A DNA stretch of 64,000 nt, taken from contig NW_027266308.1 of assembly GCF_022045235.1 (NCBI RefSeq), positions 51,026,001-51,090,000 on the forward strand. The letters run 5' to 3'. Each line of letters begins with the position of its first letter. Within the stretch, counting starts at the first letter, position 1. Under the pieces are notes generated by a model that was not told the DNA's origin, ran no database searches, and worked only from the letters and a program-made list of their open reading frames with translations. Positions 51,101-62,930 of the stretch are shown here, in pieces. Made by a program: the position numbers and the translations under genes. The DNA is from Haliotis cracherodii (Eukaryota).

Positions 51101-54100
51101 AAATAGCCCATAAGACATTTAAAACAAATCCAGTTTTACTTTCTAGAAACTTTTTAGAAATTGTGGTGGGAGAGTATATTAACTTTCATTGCACAAAAGA
51201 TTGTTGCTGAATAAGAAAAGGTTTCATAAGAACATTATCTACCAAAATGACCAAAATGTAGAATACAAGACAAAAACAAATTATGATGTCTTTACTCTTA
51301 TTTGATGAAAAGGCAATAAATATCAAAGATGGTAGCTTTACTTGTGATGGTTCACTCCATATGAATAAAGGTTTAACAGGTGGCTACAAAATGAATAATC
51401 AGTTCAAGATAACAATGTTAAATGTTCACCAGTTCAGTATTGGATGAAAGTATGGAAGTTAAATAATTAAATGATGATGCCAGATAGAACTAGATATCAA
51501 TTAAAATCAGTATGCCGAAATGTCCACAACAAATTGTAGTGACTGTTTTCAATAGATGGTTCTCCTCCTTGTTAATTGAGGAAACATTTGAAATACTCAA
51601 ATATGATTAAGACTCAAGGTTAAATTTTCGAAATAACAAACATTTCAAAATATAACAAATCTATCTACATATTCAAAGAGCGCATCATAGACACGCAGTG
51701 CAAATATATTGCTTACATATTGAATATATTCAAACTGTCCTGTTGAATCAAACAACATCAATGCTAATGCCAATTTCTAAAATGCTATCTTCATATCACC
51801 AACACAGAGGATAATAATTCAGGAAATAAACATTTTGGAACCTACGGGAGAAATAAAACTTCAGGAAGACAATTTCTTACCAATTCAAAATCATCCAAAA
51901 TTACTTAATACAATATTCTGAAAACAATAACCAAAAGAGAAAGATAAACCTTTTATAATATATCTATTTCAACCTATTCCCCACCTTACCTCATAAGAAG
52001 TTATCCGGAATTAGTATCCGATCCATGTAACGTTTTCTGACCACCACTCCACTCATTGACACTGTGATCGGGGCAGGGAGTACAAGGGACATTCGGACAC
52101 AGAGGTGAAGCGAGTAACAAAGCGTGACATGACTGGTCCTGCCCGCGCCAGAAAACGGCAACTATCAGTAGGGCACTAAGACTTCCCAATCGGAGGCTAA
52201 TTCGGGGATATCCTATAAGCCCCAAATCAATACACTGTTTCCTCAAGGCCCAAGAGCACCCACGGAGCTTCAGGAGCAGGAGGGGTATCGGAAACATGCG
52301 ACATGATGGCCGCTTGGCCTTTCATCTTTCACGTGTATGTCTGCTTATGTTTGGATTGGCAAACCTACGGGGGTCTTTGGATGTTTTGTCCACTTCCCTA
52401 ACTGTCAGGACAATGTATGTCTGGCCAAAACAAGAAGACATTTTTCCAACTGACTCACCCCTGCGGTAAAGCGTCCCCAAAATGTTTGAGATATACTCTC
52501 TAAGCAGGAAGAGAAGTGGCTGAGAGATTGGTCATTCAAGGACAGATCTCATTCATCGGATAACTATGATCAGTGTTCATTTGCTTGATTGTTTATGTTT
52601 CTTGTTATTTCACATTTCTGAACTGAGTCACTCGCTGACTGTCAAATAAAAAACCGTTCAAATGTACCGCTCATCATTGCAAGAATAAGGAGAAAAACTA
52701 GCGGCAGACGTCAGAATATATTTCAAAGGAATCACTCTAGAGGTCTTTGATGAGGAATGCTGGGGCATGTTACTACAAAGTTGACGAATAGTTTGTATGT
52801 TACATAAACCTGGGAGCAGGACAATCGTGCTACACATTAACCAAAACATCACCTTATAGCCTTGAAGCCTATTTTTATGGATAAAACATGTTTTCAAAAA
52901 ATAATGTTCCTGAACAGAACATGCAGAAATTCTGTAAAAAAAATTCCTCTGTAGTTTAAACATTATAGTTTCAAATATTAGTGTTGTATGCAAAGGAGAA
53001 GTACCCAATATTTGGAATAACATTATTGAAATTTTTAAATTGTTTAAATAGGATGCCTATAAAAAATATTAATACTAATACTAATTAACATATTAATACT
53101 CAACTCCATATCAGTACTTGATTTGAAATTTCTAAAAAATTAAAATGATAAAAATAGCATGTATAATTTAATAATATAATCAATTTCTACAGCATGAAAT
53201 TTCTTATCCTTGCATATAGATCAACATTATTCTTATTTTGATATCACAGCAATAGGCTGAAAAAATAATTCTAAAATAATCCAGTTGTTCATGTGGGTCA
53301 ATTTGTACTAACCCAGTAGACATAAATCAACACCAAAGGTGGATGTGAAATTAGTGGTTGGGGGAATGTCTTACAAAAAGGATTTCCTTGACTAAAAAAT
53401 GAAATACATCTGCCTGAGCCCCCACAAATGAACTTTTGACACGAACATCTTATGTAATACATCTGTGTTTATTTGCTTGGCGTTAGGAACCCCAAAGCTT
53501 ATTTACTTGCACTATGGTCAGTGTATGGAGCTCCTTTGCTAAACAGAGCTAGTATACAAAGTATGACAACTCCTCACTTTGTCTTTCTGGCTCAAACTGT
53601 TACAGATCTTCAAACGTATGTTATTTATTTTTCCACTTTGCACAAACGTCACATGCATTTCTTCCTATGCAGTGCAACTGTGAAACCCACCGTACTTCCT
53701 GTGCTAAGTGTGGCACAGTGCTGATCGGCAATATGTCAAAAGAAATCGGACTTGCCAGTCATTATTGAGGAAGTTATGGCAAATTAGTACAAATTTACAG
53801 TGTGCTCGGTCAACAACTTCCTGTACATATGGCTCAACACGTTTATCAGAATATCAACAGAACCATACAAACCTGTTTACTTTGTAATCAAAACCTCACA
53901 TGTGTTATGAAAACATGGAACATTCCTGATTAACGTGTTTGCTTTACATTAATTATTCCCCAGCATGTTTGGCAAGGTACGGTGTAAACCTCGATTTCAA
54001 GACGAACACTTTTTCCAGGAAACAAACTAAGGACAAAGAATAGTCAATAAACTGATATTGATGACAGCAGTCGTTACATACGGTTGTTAGAAAACTTACA

Positions 54101-55232
54101 TCAGAAAAGTGTAAAAAAAGTAGTTCTGTAAAGTCGGAAGGGATTAAAATGCAAGAAATAATTTCAAAAGAAAACAGAAATAAATGAGTTGCCTCACAAG
54201 CATAATCAACATACATTTAGAATTAAATTTAATTTTTCTACAACATGTATTTCCACTGTGGAGTAGGTAACTCTCACATCAACACATATCCTTGTGTGTT
54301 TCATGTTCATATATCATTACATCAGATTATATTTTCCTAATAACATGTTTCATGTCAAAATCTTATAAAGCAAATGACATGATAACACGTCAACAGTATT
54401 TACAAACATATCACAAAGTCTGAACTTTTAAAGTTTTTCTATGACATTTTTCTTTAAAAAGTTTCTTTTATTATATTTTTGCATAAAATTTTAATTACCA
54501 TAATGAAATTTAAAGAGCTGAGACTTATGTTATAACACACTTTAAAGAGCATATATCAACATGGTGATCTTCATGTACTTGTAATGGAAGATAATAGCCT
54601 CTTCCTCCAGGCATTCTAAGATCTAATAGCTAATGTTGACTGAATATATTGATAGGCACGAGAAGCAAGTGCGGCTTATGGGCCAGTAAACATGCAAAAC
54701 ATTCTTGTAGCCATTTGGCCGCAAGAAGTATTCCCACACACACAATTGACATGGGCTGTTATGGAGGAAGAACGTATTTATCAGGGAACTATATGACATC
54801 AATGCCCGACAATAACCAATCTTGATCATCCACGGAAACAGATTCCATTGGCCATAAAAGGTAAAACAGCTGAGAAAATTATATGAATGGATCACTGAAA
54901 ATCGGTGATAACACCTGCCCTAATCATTTACAGTAAATGATAGAAGAGAACTGAATCTTGGCTTCATTGTGATTGGCCTTTTCATTTCTACTGTGCTATA
55001 GGTTTATTGCTGCAAATAATTTAAGATGACGTCCTCTATTGGACATGTCATCACCATCTTTATGACATTTGCTGTAAATAATTTAGTCTGGACCAGACAA
55101 ACCCGTGAATGATATTATGAGCAATGTCCATATTAGGTACGATGACATGCTATCAACCAAGTCAGAGAATCTGAATCAAGTTACTCAAGATAACTGATCA
55201 TCTATCCTCCATGAATTAAACTTGCAAAACTA

Positions 55233-55802
55233 CTGTAAACAGGGAATTTTTTGCGAAAGTTTTATTATTGCGAGTTTTGCGAACGAGACTCAATCGCAAA
55301 AATTAAAAAAGCAAAAATAAGTATAAATAATACATACATACTTTATTCATTGCAACACGTTATCAAATGTTGAAATCATCAACCAAAACCACAAGTTACT
55401 CAATAAGTTAAAAACACAAATGAAAGCAGAATGGTCACACAATACATCACAAATGACAGTGTAAACAGACCAATTAGTGTCACTGTTACCTCACAGTAAT
55501 CCTGCCTTCTTCCAACCTGGCTTGATTGCGTCAGTGTCCTTTGCAATTTTGTCCACACAGGAAACAAGCAATCGTGCGTGTACCGTTACGTATCTCCACA
55601 TTGTCACAATTTGTGAGTGACGAACCTTCATTAAAATCCTTCTTATATGGTTTGCATTCAAACTCAGTCATGACACTGAGTTGAGGCAGTTATCGTATTT
55701 GATAATCTCAACACGGCAACTTGCAAAAATATCTCGTCGCAGTATTGTCTTTGGTGTGGTATTTGCAATATTTTAACGGCGCAGAAATAAAGCTGTTTAC
55801 AG
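55233..55802. mobile_element. Tc1/mariner-type MITE
   Basis: TA|CTGTAAACAG ... CTGTTTACAG|CA (right TA mutated); subterminal TTGCGA/TCGCAA motifs. Confidence 0.72.
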
Positions 55803-55889
55803 CAATTTTTGAGAGCACAATAGCAAATTTACATCACTGTCAACAGTGACATGATTTTGGCTTAGGCAAACCATTGTCAGCTGGTCCCT

Positions 55890-56330
55890 AATGGTGGCAG
55901 GTCGTAAATGGATCACAATTTGGTTATAATGACACCTGATCAGCCAGATGATGGCAGAGAGCTCATCTCTAATGGTGGCAACTAAGACTTCCAAGGCAAT
56001 GCAGGTCGTAGATGGATTACCATTTGGCTATGATGACACCTGATCAGACAGATGATCGCAGAGAGCTCGTCTCTAATGGTGGCAACTAAGACTTCCAAGG
56101 CAATGCAGGTCGTAGATGGATAACCATTTGGTTATGATGACACCTGATCAGCCAGATGATGGCAGAGAGCTCGTCTCTAATGGTGGCAACTAAGACTTCA
56201 AAGGCAAGGCAGGTCGTAGATGGATTACCATTTGGTTATGATGACACCTGATCAGCCAGATGACGGCAGAGAGCTCGTCTCTAATGGTGGCAACTAAGAC
56301 TTCCAAGGCAATGAAGGTCGTAGATGGATT
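55890..56330. repeat. Tandem repeat, 104 bp unit, ~4 copies
   Basis: CACCTGATCAG at 55933, 56037, 56141, 56245. Confidence 0.96.
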
Positions 56331-56360
56331 AGAATTTGTATGGAGCTGACAGGCCAAGTG

Positions 56361-56630
56361 TTGGTTGGTTGGTTTGTTGTTTGACTCCGCACTCAGTAAT
56401 ATCCCAGCTATATGATGGGGGTCAGTAAAAAAATTGAGTCTGGACCAGACAATCCAGTGATTAATATCATGAGCATCGATCCACGCAATTGGGAATCGAT
56501 GACATGCATCAACCAAGTCAACAAGCCTGACCACCCGATCCCGTTAGCCACCTTTTACGACAAGCATAGTCGCCTTTCACGGCAAGCATGGGTTGCTGAA
56601 GATCTATTCTACCCCGGATCTTCACGGGCC
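56361..56630 (-). mobile_element. Family B short retroposon, full length
   Basis: Head GGCCCGTGAAGATCCGGGGTAGAATAGATCTTCAGCAACCC; probable TSD CCAAGTGT. Confidence 0.92.
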
Positions 56631-56730
56631 TCCAAGTGTCATAATGGGATTCAAACTGACAACAACAGGATACTGACAGAACACTCCACATAGAAGGCCA
56701 CAGACCACTGAGCCACCTATGCCTCCTTAA

Positions 56731-56900
56731 GTGAGTGAGTGAGTGAGTATGGTTTTACGCCGCTTTTAGCAATATTCCAGCAATATCACGGCGGGGGACA
56801 CCAGAAATGGGCTTCACACATTGTACCCATGTCGGGAATCGAACCCAGGTCTTCGGCGTGACGAGCGAACGCTTTAAACACTAGGCTACCCGATTGCCTC
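56731..56900 (-). mobile_element. SINE family A
   Basis: Near-consensus; flanks GCCTcCTTAAGTG / GCCTtCTTAAGTG. Confidence 0.94.
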
Positions 56901-57089
56901 GCCTTCTTAAGTGTACAAGAACAGTATGGAGGCCTAACAAATGAAGCATTTATGAAAATTCATCAGTCAGAAAGAGTCACCAGCTTTTTATAGTAACTTC
57001 ATTTTCAGCGCCCCTTGACACTTTATGTGAAGTTGAAATATGGTACCTAACCTCCTGCACCTTACAAAGTGTACGAGGTGATTAACACA

Positions 57090-57255
57090 ATCCGGGTGTG
57101 AGGACTGCTGACTTGGTTGATATCCAAGATGTGTAGATCGATGCTCATGATGTCAGTCACTGGATTGTCTGGAACAGACTCAATTATGTACAGACCACCA
57201 TCATATAGATGGAATATTGCTGAGTGCGGCGTTAAACAACAAACCAACAAACCAT
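57090..57255 (+). mobile_element. Family B 3' half
   Basis: GCTGACTTGGTTGA...TCGATGCTCATGA...GGAATATTGCTGAGTGCGGCGTTAAACAACAAACC. Confidence 0.85.
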
Positions 57256-57432
57256 ACACGGGGAGTGACTAAACAAACAATCTGACTATATATTTACTCT
57301 GAAGGTCTCATGAATATATCACAAACCTGACAAGATAAAATTCAAAGCTCAGATTTTATTATTTAAAATCAGTTAATCTATCACAGGGAATGACATCAAA
57401 CTTCACTTATTAACTTCACATAATAAGGAAAT

Positions 57433-57672
57433 GATCCTGAATGTAAAGAATCTAACATCGACATCTCAAGCATCCTTGATAAAAAAACCATACGATTTCT
57501 AAAAACAGTAGTATTGTCCTGAGAACTTATGTCTGTTTGGTGTTAAATGAACTGTTCTGAAATCATCCTGAATGTAAAGAATCTGACATTGACATCTGAG
57601 GTATCTTTGACATAAAACCATACTATTTCTAAAAACAGTAGTATTGTCCTGAGAACTTATGTCTGTTTGGTG
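57433..57672. repeat. Tandem duplication, ~132 bp period
   Basis: ATCCTGAATGTAAAGAATCT...GAGAACTTATGTCTGTTTGGTG occurs twice. Confidence 0.92.
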
Positions 57673-58790
57673 CTTAACCTGACTGTTTAGTCTGTTGTAA
57701 CAATCAGGACACTCTTGGGAAAGAAACTCAAAATGTTTAACAATGTGTCAAATTAGAAGTTTAAAATACATAAAAGAGAACAAGTTTAATTATTTCACTA
57801 AACCAGCACTGACACAGTCAGATGTCCGTTTACATGACGAATAAAATCTCTTAATTCGGTAAACGAACAAGATATTTTTAGAAACTTTCAAGTTTATTTT
57901 CTACAAAGAAATATCTAAAAAGAAAAAAAAGAAATCATTTAATGAAACTGGAATGACAAACGATATTTGCACAGAAAAAAAACAGTTGTTTAATTGGACA
58001 CTGGCAACATTTACACGTATCGCTTAGACAAGAATAAAGATGAGTGAAGATTTTTCTGAACGCTAAAAGTGCTATTTACAGATGGGCACATGTCACGGGT
58101 CTCCTAGTTACCTTTTATAAACTAGCCCGTGATAAAATCAACAGACCCTATTGGTCAGTTGTGTTGATTAGTTTGCAGGTCGCTAGCACCAGGCAAACCT
58201 ATGTACCGGTGTCCCGACAACTGATCAGGGAGCAGTCGCGATGAGTCCAAATTAAACACAAGCTATTGGAGCATAATCACACGAGGTGGCATGTGAGAGT
58301 TCGCACAACTCGCTTGTTGACCAATCACAGTAAAGCAACTGTTTATCTAAGCTTGTCCTGCTGAGTTTTGTAAATACAGACATCGGCAAGTTAGGAAACT
58401 TATCAAATGAACAATGAGAATATATGAATGAAAAGAGACAACTGCACCAAGGTGTGAGAACTGAAAATACATTTGTTTCTGTCAAAAATAATCCCCTTGC
58501 ACATGAGCAAATAACCATTTTTCTAAACTCCCATGAATGGCAAAAGTTAAAACATCTTGGAACAGAAAGAAATAATTACAAAACTGCTGAAGTCATATAA
58601 ATCTTTTTTCAAATTTTTTTATTTATTAATTATCTTGATTTATAAAAGCTGCATGTTAACAGTCAAAATAATACTGATATATTGGCATAAAATTTAGTTA
58701 AATAAATATTTTGGAATTCGTCAAAGATGACTCATTTGCATTGTGGTTGAAAAAATTAATTTAAGTGAAAGGATGCATCACAAGCATATT

Positions 58791-59006
58791 GACCTGTGAA
58801 TATGCGTGTCGTAAGAGGTGACTAACAGGATTGGGTGGTCAGACTCGCTGACTTAGTTGATATATGTTATTGTATCCCAGATTTTTGGATCGATGCTCAT
58901 GATATCAATCACTTGATTGTCTGGTCCAGACTTGATTGTTTACAGACCACATCAAATAGGTGGAATATTGCTGAGTGACGAGTTAAACAAGAAACAAACA
59001 AACAAC
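58791..59006 (+). mobile_element. Family B copy with internal deletion in the head
   Basis: GACCTGTGAA joined directly to TATGCGTGTCGTAAGAGGTGACTAAC; normal body and tail. Confidence 0.85.
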
Positions 59007-59214
59007 CTAACTTTTCAACGACCATAGCAATTGAATCTGAAGAATTCCTGTGTATCAACAAATAAATAAAATCAAATTTGAATTGAATTAAAACTTTTGC
59101 AACAAGAATGGTCCACAGTCAATATGTTCAATTGACCATGGCTGTTATTACGTCAAACCTAAATTCCTTTACTGTGTTGCCATGGGAATTATTTTACCCC
59201 GTGCCCCTCATTAG

Positions 59215-59730
59215 CTACAGACAAATAATCCAGCATTTGACGGAGAGACATTTCATGGACTGGTCATCAGGAAAACATGACACATTGTGACCGACTGATT
59301 TTCCAAGGTCAAAGCTCTGTGACAGTTTACTTATTGCATAGCAGAGCACACTTTCGGGAAGCGGAGTCCCTTTATGTGTCATGGCACAGCGGGAAGTGCT
59401 GGAGTAGTCAAATTTGAACATCTTGCACAATGTAACCTACATACTGTTTCACAGAGGAGCTGGTTGTCCCAGTTTGCCAAGATTACTCAAAAACACTTCT
59501 GTGTCTACATGTTCAGTCAGAAACTTGGAGAATCTTCATCCAAATTATCTAAGCTTGAAAGCCTGCTGTAGAGGTTCCTGGGAAGTAGATCAAAGCTTAG
59601 GTGTCAAAACATCTCGTACACGAAGTGACATACTTTCTGTTTCCCAGATGAACTGTTTGTAAGTTAATAAAAATCAAATTCTCTGCAAGCGACGTTGTAT
59701 GCAAACAAAATTATTAAGAAAATAACCTTG
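59215..59730 (-). pseudogene. Decayed coding-like segment of unknown family
   Basis: ORFs 59674-59931 and 59215-59430 are in one frame, bridged by FLLTYKQFIWETESMSLRVRDVLTPKL*STSQEPLQQAFKLR*FG*RFSKFLTEHVDTEVFLSNLGKLGQPAPL*. Confidence 0.4.
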
Positions 59731-61729
59731 GGAAAACAATAAAAGAAAATGGCTTTCATGCAATGATTGATAAAAAATTGGTCTGGTGAATAGTTTATTT
59801 TTGTATTTGTGAAAGGTATGAATTTTCTTTTTACTTGTCTGAAAACAAATCAAAATATTTTCACTTATTTGAGAAGTAGGAGTACTAAATAAGGATAAAA
59901 TATATATCTCATCCATACAAAATATTTTCACATGGATTATTTTCTCAAAACTCCAAAGTTCCTGATAATATGTTCATATTTGGTGATTCATAATTTGATA
60001 TTTTGTTGCTATATAGAAAAGGAATTGCCTGACAAACTGGATGTGACTAACTTACATGACAGTTCCTTGAGCTGAGATTTCAGCGAAGTGAAACATCTCG
60101 CTACAATCTGGTTTAATTTGGCATTTTTACACCACCTTATATGGACATACAGTGGATACAAATGAAATACCTTTCAAAGTGACTTTTACTGCTTATTAAG
60201 ACACACTTATGTTGCAATATAAATCTTTCATACATCTATGACAGCAAATTTTAGATCAAAATTATTCTGACAAAGCAAATTTAAGCAAATGTCAAAATTT
60301 GTAATGGTATGTCACACATAACTTTTGTAAATAGTCCTTCATTAATAACTACACCTAATTGGTAACAAACACCCAAAATTGCAATAGAAAATATCCTTCA
60401 TGAAATTAAGAAATACCTGACCTGCATGTAAAACACATTTATACATAAGACATCTGTACAAAACCTGTATTCATAATGTTCTGCTACAGATCCAGGAACT
60501 CCTACAGGAACAAAGACAAAGTAATTGTTTGATTCTGAAAACTTAAGTATCTGACTTCTGATGATCAGACATGTCAGTTTGACATGGGAAACTGTTAATA
60601 CAGCCCCTCAAAATGAGAAAAGAAAGCTGTATGTTTCCTCAGACCTATAGACCTTCAACGATAGATTTTTTTAAACCTTTTCCTGACAAGAACTCAATAT
60701 GGCACTTCAAAACAAACACATTCATACTCAGTCCGTATCCCCCAAAGTATACCATCACATTCACCGAGACCAGATTCACAGCTTTATTTGTACACAGGTT
60801 GAAGTCAAGGATTTTCTTATTCATCTTAATCTAAAAATACAGACACAGACGACATTGAGTTTATAGATCACTACGTTTTTTTCCAACTTTCTGCCAGTTT
60901 GGGTAGATTTGAACCGGGGTGCTGATATCTGCTTATTTGATAAACCCAAAGTGATGACATTGCAAGAGTTGCCTGACTTGCAAAAGCCTGGTGTGATACA
61001 TTCTGCTGGGGCCTGTGATATTGCAAGCTCGGGACACCCTGTTGTGGATATAGATCTGAAGGTGGCACCTCAAAGAAACATTGGCACATTTACATGTGGA
61101 GCTGAGACCTGGCCATCAAGTCGTCCAGACACTGACCTTGAGCTTTTCTTGACAAAATCCTCATAATCCAAATCAACGATTTGAAGGTTTGCATAAATAT
61201 TTCAAACACTTTTTCACTATGGAGCTGGTGGGTCCTTGGGATTTGAAACTAGGGCAATAGGAAATTCGTAAAATTTGGTCACATCCATTTTTCTGGGAAT
61301 GTAGAGATGCCATGCACCACTGGAAGGGTGTATCTTCCCTGAGCAGTTGAAAATATTGAGGAAATGATCAAGTGTAGATCTATTACTTCTGAATGATTTT
61401 ATTATTCCTAATCTGAAGACTGTAAAGCTGTGTCCTTTTTTTTACATGTAATCTCTAACATTCCTCTCATTCTAATCGATGTCAGCTATTTGTATCTGCA
61501 GACATATTGACTACCATCTAGTCTATGAAATGAACATATTTTACTGAAAAAAAACATTGGTGAATTATCTTAAGTATCTTAAGTATAAAAAAAAAGGACC
61601 CAAGAGACTCTTCTGTAGTAATCTAAACTTGCCAAATATTATTGACTTGCCTAGGAGTATTGGTTGTATTTGTTTCAGGGTCTGAATGACAGACTAACAA
61701 AAGCATAACTTTTGGAGATCTAGTCATTT

Positions 61730-61771
61730 GCACCTGATAAAGGAGTAAGCATATACTCCGAAACGTTGTGT
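61730..61771 (+). ncRNA. Minimal type I hammerhead ribozyme relic (Penelope-like element terminal repeat)
   Basis: GCAC-CTGATAA-A-GGAGTA-AGCATA-TACTCC-GAAAC-GTT-GTGT then AATAAA; stems I and II present, palindromic AACGTT; core G8 is mutated to A. Confidence 0.7.
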
Positions 61772-62139
61772 TCCTCATAATAAAGAAGTTGACATTCATA
61801 AATTCTCTTGCTTATGTATATCACTTCTAAATACCTTTCAAAGACTTAATTCTGATATATTTGACATCAACATCAAGAAAATAATAAATTTGTCCAAAAC
61901 GGTTGTCAAATTTAATTTAGTTTAGTCCAGGTGTCTCATATTCTAATTAGGCTAAATAATAAAATAGAGACAGATTTACTCATCAGCAGCTCGTGATACT
62001 CAGGCCTGATGCACAATCACACCTTGTATTCACTTGCAGATCAGGAGGAGAGGTTGGAAGAAGGGTGTGTGCACCACCAAATTTTGTATACCCCTTACAT
62101 GTCAGCATGTTTCAGTCCTTCTATCAGAGTCCAAATTTA

Positions 62140-62524
62140 CTGCCTGGGTACCCACCCACCCGGGTACCTACTCCCCTGTTACCCAACCCTACCTGGCTAC
62201 CCACTGTAGGTCTAAAGAGATAGGTACAAAATGTCCGATTGGGAATAGTTTGACCGTAGCTCTGGAAAAATGTATTAAGATACACGTATAAAACGATCTG
62301 GTCATGCATGCACTAAAATCGACTGAAGTTTTCTCTTTATTTCGAACAAAAAAATCAGATGGAATTGGTGTATAGTCAGAAGGAAATGCAAACATTAGTG
62401 ACGTGTAGTGTAACTATGTAGTTCTAGATCATTTTTGTCATTAAACAATGTATCCGGGTAGTCCTGTGGGTACCCGGGTCCTTCTCAGTACCCAACTGAC
62501 CCGAGTTACCTGTCCCAGCCCTAG
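62140..62524. mobile_element. Non-autonomous DNA element, hAT-like end; paralog of 31245-31532
   Basis: Shared interior; repeated GGGTACCC/ACCCG subterminal motifs; ends CCCAGCCCTAG. Confidence 0.65.
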
Positions 62525-62777
62525 TGAGTCTGCATCCTCTGTCCTGTTTTTTGTTCACTTCATGATTTGGGTTGTTTGCACCCCACTTTTTCAAACTACT
62601 AGATCTACCTCAGCCTAGTGTCTTGTTCATCAACGTGAATGAATCAGAAGTCATCAAAACCCTTCTCTTATCCTACACTGCCAGTGAATGATATTCCAGT
62701 ACAAGGAATCTCTTGAAGAAAGCGTCCATGTGAAAGTGAAAGTGATTTTAAATTTGCCTTGGCCATCCATTCCAAAC

Positions 62778-62930
62778 AGTGAGTGTGGTTTTACATCTCT
62801 TTTAACAATATTCCAGCAATATAACAGCAGTGGACACAAGAAATGAGCTTCACACTTTGTATCCATGTTGGGAAATGAACCCGGGTCTTAAGCATGACAA
62901 GCGGATGCTTTAACCACTAGGCTACCCTTC
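62778..62930 (-). mobile_element. SINE family A, diverged
   Basis: CAATATTCCAGCAATAT...TTTAACCACTAGGCTACCC. Confidence 0.87.

Noticed and set aside
60556-60600. CTGATGA...GAAAC with a CATGTCA/TGACATG hairpin
   Set aside because: Hairpin is offset from the core and no stem I forms.
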